Program-made: the position numbers and the translations under genes
NCBI RefSeq assembly: GCF_018350175.1
Contig: NC_058368.1
Coordinates: 19,284,001-19,348,000, forward strand
Length of the DNA stretch: 64,000 nt
Origin: Felis catus
Lineage: Eukaryota
Reading direction: 5' to 3'
Notes under the pieces: generated by a model
Told to the model about the DNA's origin: nothing
The model's input: the letters and a program-made list of their open reading frames with translations, nothing else
Database searches by the model: none
In this document: piece after piece, positions 25,715 through 37,560 of the stretch
Layout: the number at the start of each line of letters is the position of its first letter
Numbering within the stretch: the first letter of the stretch is position 1

Positions 25715-27300
25715 AAAACATGTATTGAACAGCTATTAAAGTGCCAGGCCTACTAAGTGGGCCAAATAAATATCATAAATAGCTTCATGGCAGCGCAAGT
25801 TGGCTTTTCCCACCAAATGAGCTTCCCCCATGAGAGTGAGGGTGGGCATAAGGCTGAGGGCGGGGGGAGAAAGACACTGAACAAACCACGACAGAAATGA
25901 CCAATGCCATGAAAGAGGAATGAAGGATGCCGTGCCAGCTTACGGCAAGGGAATTTAGCGAGTTTGGGGTCAAGGAAGAGTGACCCAAGTGAGGACTTGG
26001 GAGACAGGTTAACGTCAACCAGGTGACGGCGGGAGGAGGCTCCCGCCCAGAGATGGTGACTGTGGGTTGGGCAGCCCGGCCACAGAGGGCCCTGCGGATT
26101 CTCATCCTCATATCCAGTGAGGTGACTGACAGTTTGATTTTAAGCGGGGGAACAACCTCAGCAGACCTGAGTTTTACATAATCTCTCTGGCTGCAGTGAG
26201 AGAACGAAGTGGACAGCGGAGGGAGCTGGAATCGATTAGGAATCTGTTGCAATAGGTTAGCTAAGGGATGACAGAGGTTTAAACCAAGTGGTATCCGCAA
26301 AATTGGGGAGACGTGGAGAGATTCAGACACCGAGGAGACAAAGCTCATAGGACTTGGTGATTTATTACTTATAGGAGGTGAAGGAGAAGAGGAAGACTCC
26401 TGGGCTTCCAGTCTGAACAATGAAAGGGGTGGCGGAGGCCTTACCGAGGAGCAGGTTTAGGGAGTAAGATGATGAGTCGAATTCTAGGTATGTGGCTTTT
26501 GAGAGAGATGGGAGACCCGTGAGGGGTGACAGCTGTGCAGCAGCACTTAGATGCAGGGCAGGGATGCCAGTCTGGAGTCACTGACATTAGGATGGTAATC
26601 ACCTAGTGGGTGTGTAAATAGTATAAGGCGCAGAAGCCCAGGGGCGCCTGGGTGGCTCAGTCGGTTAAGTGTCCGACTTTGGCTCGGGTCATGATCTCAC
26701 GGTTTGTGAGTTCGAGCCCCCCATCGGATTCTCTCCTGACAGCTCAGAGTGGAGCCTCCTTCGGATTCTGTGTGTGTCTCTCTCTGCCCCTCCCCCACTC
26801 ACGCTCTCTCAAAAATAAACATTTAAAAAAAAAAAAAAAGGCGAGGAAGTCCAACAGTTAATGGATGAGACCAGGTGGCAGAACTGGCAGGCGAAGGAGA
26901 CCATGAAGGAACAGCCAGGCAGGTGGGAAGTAAGCGAGGCAAGTGTGAAGTCATGGAATCAAGGTCAATGAAGACATAGGCTGCAAAGCGCCCCTGGGTT
27001 TTGGGACCTTGGAAGTCATCCACTGGCTGCTTTAGTGAGAGCACTTTCAGGGGAGGAGTGTGGCTTAGACGTGGGCTGAAAAGTGCACGTGAGGTGAGGA
27101 AATACACCGCAGTGTATAGGTGACTTTTTCAAGAACCTGGGCTATAAAAGGAAGGAGAGAGAAAGACGGTATTATGTGGGGGAGAACCAGGGGATGAGGG
27201 GTGGTGGTGGCTGTATTTTTAGATAAGAGAATTAAGCATATTTCAAAGCTGTTGGGGAGAAGCCCATCAAGGGACAGTTAGAGACAGAAAAGGGAGAGGG
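25715..27300 (-). mobile_element. Diverged L2 fragments with a nested SINEC
   Basis: L2 3' end antisense (tgtattgaacagctattaaagtgccaggc) and purine-rich L2-like text. Confidence 0.55.
26641..26838 (+). mobile_element. SINEC
   Basis: Imperfect TSD aaggcgcagaagccca / aaggcgaggaagtcca. Confidence 0.9.
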
Positions 27301-28319
27301 GATCAGGATTAACAGAGGATTCCTGATATGAGCAAAGACACTGGGGTCCACAGCAGAGGGCAAGGTTGACCTCGCACTGGAGGAGTGACACTTCTTCCAT
27401 GGTGGTGACAAAGGAGGACCGATGGCTGCAGGCGCACAGATATTTTAGTGGGAGGGTGAGGTGGCTCGTACCAGATGGCTGCCAGCTGCCCTGTGTGGCA
27501 GGAGACAAACTCAGCTCTGAGAGTCAGCCATGGGGCAGGGGTTGAGGTCTGAGGGGGCGGTGTTCTACAGAACGGGAGCAGCGCTGGCCAGGGTAGCATG
27601 GTGGGCCCGGCTGAGGAGGGAGGTGCAACCCACTCACAGTGCCCCTGTCTCCCGGGCGTGACCTTCTCGTCCAGCCTCCATGCAGTGGGCAGGCAGCTGG
27701 ATTCGTGCATCAGAAGGATAACAGGGCACAGGAGTTGAGGGTATTGGTAGGAGAGAGATGAAACGGGCCATAGAATCTAGGCTGGACAGAGAGGTAAGTG
27801 CAAGCAGAGAAGTGACCACAGGGTGCAGAGAGAGTCAAAGGAAATGAGCTTCCAAGGAGAGAAAGTGGGTGAATTTGGAGCAAGAAACACTTGGGGTTCC
27901 AAAGACAGACGCTTGGGCCCTCAGGGTGCATGGAGCTTAGCGGGGATGAAGACGTAAGCAAACGGGACAATCCCTGCCGCATGGTTCTCTCGCCAAGACC
28001 AGGCCTGCACCCAGGAAAAGGAAAAGAAATGCAAAGAGGAGCATGGGGCATGGATGGAATGGTAATAACCCCACTTCTTTGTGATTAGGTAGGGCATTAT
28101 GCAAAGAATTTAGAATCTGAACTTTTGGGAAATCTTGCTTTGAAATCTCACTTCTAAAGAAACTCATTCCTGTAAATGAAAGACGTAACAGGAAAGAGAC
28201 ATGATCCGCTAGAGGAAGCCAGAAGTTAACTACCTACAATTTGACATTTAGCTTTGAATTCTGCTCTTACCTGCCACGGATTTGCCATATGATGTAATAA
28301 TAGAACTTTTTTAACTATA

Positions 28320-28490
28320 ATGCACAGCAGCTAAGGTTTATTGGAAGCACCTGGTCCCTATATGCCAGGCACAACGCGGACAACTGTGCACATGTATTTC
28401 ACTGAATTCTCACAACTCTGAGGCAGAAACCCTTATTATCCCTGTTTTACTAATGGGGAAACTGAGACCTAGAGAGGTAAGCAGGGAGCT
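28320..28490 (-). mobile_element. MIR
   Basis: ttattatccctgttttactaatggggaaactgagacctagagagg. Confidence 0.75.
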
Positions 28491-28667
28491 GGGTCTGCCT
28501 ATCATTACTCCTAGTTTTTCAGATAAGGATGGACGATGCCATTTGCGACATTATGAGAAGGGAACCATAACAACGATGGCACAGCTCACCTAAATTCAAA
28601 ATAATAATTTTGACCGCATGAATGCACCAGTTTGGTTAAAAATTTTTTGAAATCTCAATACCAACCC

Positions 28668-28783
28668 GGGGGCCTAGGCGGCCCTTTCGGTTAAGCAACG
28701 GACTTCAGCTCAGGTCATGATCTTGTGGTTTGTGAGTTCAAGCCCCACATCAGGCTCCGTGCTGACAGTGCAGAGCCTGCTTG

Positions 28784-28831
<48 letters not shown>

Positions 28832-28895
28832 CCTGCCCCTCCGCACCTTACGCACGCGTGCTCTCTCTCAAAATAAATAAAGAAACTTAAAAACA
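28668..28895 (+). mobile_element. SINEC abutting the THSD1 exon 3 donor
   Basis: 17-bp TSD aaatctcaatac(c/g)aacc; long (CT)n. Confidence 0.92.
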
Positions 28896-28911
28896 AAATC
28901 TCAATACGAAC

Positions 28912-29877
28912 CTATGTTTCTCTGGATTAGCACGCACTCTCTCTCCTTTGTGGAAAAATGGCTTCTGCTTGAAACGCCGAAGTCAAAGCAGTATTTATTC
29001 CTCCCCATGTCAAACAAAGTGCAGTTGAATACTGTTCTCCTCTCTCCCAAGGTCAGGCTGTTTTCAGCCAGCCGGATGGTCCCTTCCCCAGGGCGTCTGG
29101 GGGCCTCCTTGAAGACCCCGATCACTCCCTGGACGAAGACGCACGGGGGAGGCAGCACCATCACCTCCACTGCCGACTCACACGTGAGTTCCGGCACCGT
29201 CACCAGTTTGTATCCAAATTTCTGGGCCAGGTCAATGGGTCCCGTGGAGGTAATGACCGAGTCTTGGCCGAGCAGCTTCAGCACCACAGTGACGTAGGCT
29301 TCCGGCCCCACGGGTGCACAGCCAAACTCAACCCACTGACCTTGAGAGAGTTGTGTCCTCTTGCTGGTTCTTATCTCCAGCGGCTGTCCTGGACTCGTTC
29401 TTGCCTCGGGAAGACTGTTGGTAAAGATGACATCCACCAAGATGTCAGGTTGGTCCGCAGGGAATGAGCACAGTGGTTGACTGGTAAAAAGGCCCACCTG
29501 GAAGGTGCCTTCTGCTGCCCCGGATGTCCTATTCAGGTCAACATGAAAGACAGGCCATTCCACCTTGAGAAAGGCACTTTGCTCCCACAGGTGGACTGGA
29601 GTGCTGTTGTCTGCCGCTTCCGGAGTCATGGTGAACCAGTAGTCCCCTGCCTCCTTGAAGTAGAAGCATTCGAACTCCAGTGTTCCCCGGGACTGGTTGG
29701 TCAGGAGGTATTTGGTGGTAACAGTCTGATTGGTGTTGGCCTCCAACAACAGGATAGATACATTCCTCAGCGTCCCATTAGCCCCACTGACATACTGGAA
29801 ACCCACCGATACTGTATTGTTGCTTAGTGCTACATGGCCGGCCTTTCCCAAGAGGAGGTATTCAGCTTCTGCAAGAA
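28912..29877 (-). CDS. THSD1: THSD1 exon 3: large extracellular region
   Basis: Open frame (V)LAEAEYLLLGKAGHVALSNNTVSVGFQY…CVLIQRNI; acceptor tttcag|TT, donor ATAG|gttcgt; 966 nt, phase 1-1. Confidence 0.96.
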
Positions 29878-30235
29878 CTGAAATGAAATGGTGAGAATTG
29901 GTTTTACAAAGGGATCTTTGAGCAGCACTGTTGGAGACATCAAAGAAAGCAGCACTTTAAACATAAGAGAAGTGTGAAACTCAGCCAAAGGGTGCGTTGA
30001 GTGATGCTGAGTGCGGATTCTGCTAGTTGGGCACCTGCACTGTTTTCATTCTAAAGTGGCTCTGCACGTTCATCCTCTTTCATGGTTATGCTTAAAACAA
30101 GGAATTAGAGATAAATACCCTGAATTCACCGCATTCAGCAAAGCAACACATCTGCAATGAAAAGCTATAAAGCGAGAGTAACAATTGATCATTCTCAAGA
30201 TGTAAATCCAATACCTTACTTTTCTCATTTTAATC

Positions 30236-30662
30236 TGTTAAAAAGAAAAGGGGGGAAAAAGCCCTACATGGAGACATTTGTCCCCCAGGATGGCAAACCC
30301 AGACTTCATAGTTTCAACCTACCTGGGAATAAGATCTTTTCACAGTCAATCTGAAATTTCTTGCACTAGAGAGGTTATCTCCATGATAAAAAAATACCTG
30401 CTAAAGACACCCAACTCCACACCCCCCCCCCCCCCCCCCCCCCCGGCAAAAAAGACGTCTTGGCCTGAAAATAATCCCTTCCGTTCTTTTGCTAATAACT
30501 TCTTGCCCCACCCTCCTTCCCATAAAAACCTTCCATTTTGTGCAACTTTTAGGACCATCGCTACTTGCTAGATGGGATGCTGCCTGATTCAGGAATTGCT
30601 TCATAAAGCCAATTAGATCTTCAGATTCACTCAGTTGGGTTTTGTTGGGTTTTGTTTTGATA
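30236..30662 (+). mobile_element. Solo LTR, ERV1-like (MER34-type)
   Basis: Starts TGTTA; 4-bp TSD aatc at 30232-35 and 30663-66; TATA-like cataaaa; decayed poly(A) signal cataaagccaattagatc. Confidence 0.7.
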
Positions 30663-31464
30663 AATCATAGTCTGGTGTCTAGGTATTTGGGGGAAATGGA
30701 TAAACAGTAAAGTGAGAAAACTTGATTTACATGATGCAATACAGACGGCTGTAGATGACTTAAAATGGACGACATAAATATGCTTCCAAGTTATTTTCTG
30801 ATATTCAAGCCAAGTACTTAAGCATTTCCACCAGTAAAGGAACCGGTGCCCTTGGTTCGTATGAAGCAGAAATTTTTAGATGAATAAGAATTGCTGACAC
30901 TTTCTTCTGCACAGGTCATCCAAGGGATAGAGTGAATGTTTATAAAATAGCCAGGCTTCTCGGCAATTTTAGTGACATCACAGTAACCATTGCTAGCCTC
31001 GATGTGATAGATGACTGTTAGCCCACAACTATCACCCAGTTAAGATCAATCATATCTTTTTAAAAAAGAAACCCATCAGAGCAGCTCAAGTAAAGAGTGG
31101 AAAAAACACAGACACACAGGAATCCTTGTTTCTATTTTGAATCCTATCCAGATACATATCAAAGGAGACAGCATTTGGCAGGGCAACAATCGGCGGGCCC
31201 ATGGCTAGGGTAAGAAACAATTCTAGATTTAAGGCACTCCAGGGTTCTTTTGGCTTGAAAAATAACATGTGTGAGCATGAATTTATTATTCTTATTGTGA
31301 TTATCTTATACATACATAATATACACATATCATGGCATACATATCATATATGTCCAAAGGCCATCAAAGCGTTATCTGGGCTGGTGGTCTTTAAATATAC
31401 CTTTACGTGTATTCGGTTAATGATCATTAGAATCAGTACGTGAATATATCGGCACATAGAGGTT

Positions 31465-31713
31465 TTTTTGTTTTTTGTGGGTTTTTTTTGAACGTTTATT
31501 TATTTATTTTTGTGAAAGAGAGAGACAGAGACAGAGCATGAGCAGGGTACTGGCACAGAGAGAGGGAGACACAGAATCTAAGCAGGCTCCAGGCTCTGAG
31601 CTGTCAGCACAGAGACTGGATGCGAGTCTCAAACTGCATCTCACGAACATGAGCCGTGAGATCGGGACCTGAATCAACGTCGGACGCTTAACGACTGAGC
31701 CCCCCACATGCCC
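31465..31713 (-). mobile_element. SINEC
   Basis: Antisense SINEC text with T-rich tail. Confidence 0.88.
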
Positions 31714-32859
31714 GTTTTTCCTTTTTAAACAGCTCAGTGCTTTACACATTTCTTATTCGAGATGAGATGAAATCAAATATATAAAACCTGGATAGACTGG
31801 AATGCTTGATCAACACTTGCTTGAAAACCATAATAGAACGAAGGTTTTTTTTTTTTTTTTTCTTTTTTTTTTCTTTTTCCTTCAGTTAAAATGGAAGTTG
31901 AGAGATACTCTCTTTTGGAGGGAGAGAAGTCAAAGTTGAGGAAGGGTGCTGATTCTGACACAGCTGTGCCTGGTTCAGAGGCCACCCAGCACCTATTTGT
32001 AAACAGGTGCCTAAAGAGGAGTTAAGACGGAGGAAGGAGTTAAGACTGAGAACAAAGATCAGATTGGCTTGAATCTCATGGGGCAGGACAGTTTTTAATG
32101 CATTTTAAGATTGAGACCACACACAACTTAGGATAACTAACAAACATGATAGAGATTGTCAACCAGGCAAATAAGACTCTGATTTGATGGGCATCCAATA
32201 AATTGAAAAGACACACAGGCCCAGTCAGTAATGGAGAAAAAAGATACAGTTGATGGGTTCCAGCAGCCCAGAGAGCAGGTGTACTGAGGAGTACTGAGGA
32301 GAGAACTTGCTTTACTATAGAACTCTTATTTTCATAGACAAGAATACATGCTCATTTAGAAAACTACAATTGAATTGTACCACATTCTGGCTACCACAGT
32401 GTAGTTTTCTCCATTCTTTTAGTTCGCCTCTCCCCATTTCTTTATTATATTTAAAGTAATTGGTGTCTCAATATAAGCATGTTGCATTAAAAACAACAAC
32501 TGTTAATGGTATATTTTGATCAATATCAAATGGAGAGGGAAAAAACCCAGGTCTAGGAAAATACTTCCTTTTCCATCAGCAGCATGTGCACTCAACTTCT
32601 ATGTTATTTTATGCTCATTGAACTTTTATTCTCATATTCCAGTAAGATATTTACTCTCAACGACAAACATCCTTGCACACTGTGTACAAATGGAAAATTC
32701 TGATGTCTTTATCATTACGAAACCAAGGACACTTTTGTAATTTTTTGTATGAGGCTGTTGTTACACATGGAGTGATAGGGATTTTAAGTAGGGATGAATA
32801 ACATGAAGATAATTGAATCCCAGGCTCATTTTCAACAAATCAAGCATCTTCTTGTTTAT

Positions 32860-33083
32860 TTTATTTTTTTTAAATTTTTTTTAACGTTTATTTATTTTTG
32901 AGATAGAGAGAGACAGAGCATGAATGGGGGAGGGTCAGAGAGAGGGAGACACAGAATCCGAAACAGGCTCCAGGCTCTGAGCTGTCAGCACAGAGCCCGA
33001 CGCGGGGCTCGAACTCATGGACTGCGAGATCATGACCTGAGCCGAAGTCGGCCGCCCAACCGACTGAGCCACCCAGGCGCCCC
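32860..33083 (-). mobile_element. SINEC
   Basis: TSD aagcatcttcttgttta. Confidence 0.94.
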
Positions 33084-33732
33084 AAGCATCTTCTTGTTTA
33101 AATAAAGTTCTTCAAACGAAAAGGCTGAGGAAGGCGATTCAATGGACAAAATGAACAGTCCACACTCTGGTCCAGTTATGTGGATGTGTCACTGATATCA
33201 CACAAGCCATGATCCCTTGGATCATGTTTCTTCAATTTGAAAACAATTTCCACTCTTATACCATGAACTGCTTAGATGTCTATGAAATATTTGGAAATCA
33301 TCAAAAGAAAAGTAGTATATTGTTGAATCGGTTAAGGTTCAGTAGTTGCATAAAACTCTCTGGGTAACGAACTCAATTTTCAGTTGAAACAAAGTGAATA
33401 AAGAAAAGTAACAGTAATCACCTACTCTAGGCTCAGACAAGGTGTTTTCCCTTTCCTATTTTATCATCACAACAGCGCTGTGATGTCAACAAGAAACTTG
33501 TCCAAGGCAAACAACTGGCAAGGACAGAAATTTGGACTGGTTCCAAAGATATTTTAACAGCAAAACTCTCCTGTAAAGTGAAATCAAACGGAGAATCCCA
33601 ATTAAAAACAAACAAACAAACAACCACATATTCATGTGTGTCTGAGAGTTTCAATGTATAATACCGAATTACTAGGACATCAAAGAAAATTCAACATAAC
33701 ATGCTTGTCTCCAGTTTGCTTAAATGAAAATG

Positions 33733-33940
33733 AGGGGCACTTGGGTGGCTCAGGTTATGATCTCATGGTTCATGGGTTCAAGCCTCACATCAGGCTCTGT
33801 GCTAACAGCTCATAGCCTGGAGCCTGCTTCGGATTCTGTGTCTCTCTCTTTCTCTGCCTGTATCCCCATGCATGCTCTGTCTGTCTATCTGTCTGTCTCT
33901 CTCAAAAATAAATAAACATTAAAATTTTTCAAAAAAATTA
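33733..33940 (+). mobile_element. SINEC with internal deletion
   Basis: TSD taaatgaaa. Confidence 0.88.
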
Positions 33941-34190
33941 ATAAATGAAATGCCTTTTTTTAAATTCTCTTTTTAAAGGCTTAAAAATATATTTAAAGGG
34001 AATTTTGCATCAATATATATAGAACCTTAAGAGAACCCTGGGTTGCAGGGATTCCAGTTTAAAAGGTACTGCACTATAGACGTGCCCTCCCTCCTTCATG
34101 CAGGGTCATCAACATCCATGCATTTATAAACCCCACGTTTATGTTTCTTCATTGACATTGACAGCATGATGTATACTTAATAATACTCAC

Positions 34191-34248
34191 CATAGTCACA
34201 AAGTACCACCAAGAGTAGATTTGAAAAGTCTTTCAACATTTGTTTCAT
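34191..34248 (-). CDS. THSD1: THSD1 exon 2 coding part: start codon and signal peptide MKQMLKDFSNLLLVVLCDY; whole exon probably 34191-34342
   Basis: Read directly from the reverse complement; donor TATG|gtgagt; acceptor tttcag|GTG at 34343/34342; 58 coding nt give phase 1, matching exon 3. Confidence 0.95.
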
Positions 34249-36829
34249 TCTGATCAGCAAAATCCCAGGTCTTTGGTCTCCTCATGTCCTTTCTCACATC
34301 CAAACTGTGTTTTTTTGTGTTGTTTTTTTTTTTCAAAAACACCTGAAATTAGAATCTCAAAAAATGATGCCTCTGTTCAATGTGATTCACAAAATAGTAA
34401 TCATGAAATGGCAAAACCATTCTGAGAAGTCAAACTTCATGGGTGCCACTGAAAATAGGGAGGACATTAACTTTCCCCGGGGAAATGATTTGTGCTTGTA
34501 CGTCCCTTTGGTTCCATTACAGCTCACCTGTTAAGCACATTCAGGTGTGTGCAACACCAAGCTTATTTTTGCAAAATACCAAGTCTCTCATCTTTGTAAC
34601 ACGTGCTTAATTGGAGAGTTTATGTGCTGAATTTCATCAAAGTTAAGAGCCAGTCTGGATAATACACTTTCACCTATTTATCTGTTTGGCATTTCACGCC
34701 AATCAATTTGCTAAAATTTTGCCAAATTTTCATTTTGCACTGTGCTGCATGGACCGGGCTCACTTCTACAAATGGACTTAGAACCACTGTCTTTCCTGCA
34801 TGTTATCTGGATTGCTTCATAATGCCTAGGAGCTATATCAAAACTATCAAGCCTTTTAAAAAGATACTCAGAGTGTTGCATTTAAATGTGAACTCCCTGT
34901 GACACTGACTTCCATTGTTTAGGGTACTCTCAAGAGAAAACAGATAAATAACAATTATCATCTTCTGTCAGTTTCCCAATACTTGTTGCTGTCAGTAATG
35001 CATCAGGAGGCAGATGATTTCATGCAGCAGTCTTGCCAGACCACCTAGGAGGGTAGGAAATACCTTGCTGGCCTGTGCTTCAGAACAATTTGTGGGAGGG
35101 GGCACTTACTTTGTCTATAAATAGACTAGTCTATAAATAGACTAGACTGTAGAATAAGATTCAGGGCCCTTGTCAATTTTTTTCAATTGAAATCTACTAA
35201 ACTATGGGCTAGTAAGCATAATCAACCAGGTCTTTTCTTAATGTTTACATTTCCCCATTATCCACAGTTAGTCTATTTTAATAATATACTATATTCCAAA
35301 TATATATGTACATCTCTTCAGAAAAGACAGAAATTAATGGAATTAAAAGGCCTGTTGAAATAATAAAAAAAAAATCAACGGGGGGGGGGGGGAACTGATT
35401 TGTCTCTATTAGCTTTCTTTCAGTAGGAGTTGGTTGAACAAAGGAAACACTGTACTTCCTCAAAGGGAAGCAGAGATTTGAAGTGTAATTAGGCAGATGA
35501 TTAAGGGTCACTCCCCTCCCCAACATAAAAAGAAAATTCCACTTTGCTGGAATTAGGCATAGATTTGACCCAATCTTTTCCTTGAACCTGGACTGGGAAA
35601 CAAGGTCGAAGACAGCAGGTGAACATCACTGTATCCCCCAGGCAAGTTTGGGCACTTACGGCAATAAAACGCTTCCTTTTGAATTACTGATACTCAAGTA
35701 ACCAGAGTAAGGAGGGGCAAGGATCCCTGGCTCCCAAAAGTTGAATGGGCTCCTCCCAAATTGCTTGATTTTCCATGATAACCATTTTTTAAAGAAGCTC
35801 CTAATCGCAACTGATGTTGTGATTGTAACACATTTTCCTTCTTATAAAAATGATGAGGAAAACACAGAATAGTGTGATAATCTGTATTTAGAACTGAATG
35901 GAAATGGAAAAATAAGCCTACCTAAAAATCATAAGGATTTTTAAAATGTTCTTAAGCTTTTGAAAATAAATGCTTAAGTTTTACTAGCCCATTCACTAAT
36001 TTGAAGACCTTAAGAGAGCACCCCACAATGGAATGGAACGCTGGGTAAAAAGCACATTTTTTTTTAAAATAAGATTCCTTCCTTCCTCTCTCTCTTTTTA
36101 CTTTGTTTGCTTATTGTCTTCCAACATGTTGTTCCCAATACCATCTACTTTTACGATGTTTGGCTTGAGAATCATTTTGAGAAAATAAAAACTTACGTCT
36201 ATTTTACACACATTTAAAAACACTTCTATATAGCATTCAGACATAAACATTTACAGAAAACTTCCAAATGCATCAGCTAGAGGGTAGGGAGAAGTAGTGA
36301 ATATTTTCAGTGGCTAATGGCATCACGCCAAGCTCAGATCCCCTGTTTTTGCTGAAACCAGTTAAGATTGATTCCTACGGTGTCTTCATTGCTGCGGAAA
36401 AAGAAAGGGAATTAACCTAAACTCTCCTAGGACCAGTGATTTATCAAAGAATTAAAGGGAAAACAAAAAGAAGCAAAGTGACTCTATCCCTTCTGACAAA
36501 CAGGCACACGCTCGTGTGCATCCATCTAATAATATTTATTAACCGGAAATCCCTAGTTCCAAAGCAGCCTGTGTAAACAGGCATTATTTATATACCCTCA
36601 GTGCAGCGGGCTCTGCCCTGGTCCCACGGACTGGACGCAGCTTCCCTAGGAGGCTGTGCGCTCCCCACATCTACAGTTTCCCAAAGGCCCGCAAGTCAAG
36701 TTCATGCCTGGAAATCTAGCCCTGCCCAAGTTGTCAGCACAGAGCTCCATTAAAATGAGGACCGTTCTGAAATGCTGAAATCTCATACAGTGTGTACCCC
36801 AGAAAAGATTTCTTTCTGGAAATAGGCAA

Positions 36830-37560
36830 ACTTGTTCAGAAACGCGGAGCACCCCCAAGACGCTATCTCTCAAGGGTCCCAACCCATCGGACTCAACACC
36901 AGTCTGCAGCCAGCCTGGGTCTCTCGCCAACACCTGTGCCAAGAGAGCCGGGACTCCGCGACGCTCAGACGGACACTTTCTACAGAGTATCCCCTGGGGC
37001 GGAGGCTGAGCACCCAGCGGCGGAGGGAGCTGCCACGGCACCTCCACCTGGGCTCCGAGGGGGCGGGGAGGGCGGGGCGGGCAGGGTCCAAGGGGTACTG
37101 CCCGACCCCCCACCCCCACCCCCCGGAGCCGCCGGGGACTCCGGCAGCACAGCAGCGCCCACGGGGGCTGGGGGACAGCAGGGTCTTCCTACCTCTCGGG
37201 ACCGGCGGGCGCAGCGGCCAGAGCTGGGGCGAGCGAGGCGGGCGGCGGGCTGGTGGCCTCAGGGGCCGCGAGGAAACGCGCAGAGCATCCCGCGTCCCGG
37301 GACTGCCCGCCTGAGCCCGCTGGCGCTCGGCTCCGCTGCCCCGCCCAGGCCCGCCCCCGACGGACGGCGCAGGGAGGGCGGCACCGGAGGGCGGGGGGCC
37401 GGGCAGCGGGCGAAGTCAACCCCGCCCGCTCTGGGCTGCGCGTCCTCCCAAGCGCGCGCGGCCGGCGGAGCCTCGGGGAGCCGGGCAGAGCCCCGAGACG
37501 CCCTCGCCGCGAGCCGCGGTCTCCCCTCGTTCCGATTCAGTCACTTCTCCCCCGGTGTCA
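36830..37560. promoter_or_regulatory. CpG island / THSD1 promoter with GC boxes
   Basis: Very high GC and CpG density, several GGGCGG motifs (e.g. 37061-37080, ~37390), upstream of exon 2. Confidence 0.85.
37193..37520 (-). other. THSD1: THSD1 non-coding exon 1 (5' end approximate)
   Basis: Donor GAG|gtagga at 37193/37192 inside the CpG island; the TSS cannot be placed from sequence alone. Confidence 0.6.

Noticed and set aside
25785..26420. 211-aa ORF on the - strand
   Set aside because: Lies in a decayed L2; non-ATG start, no recognisable domain
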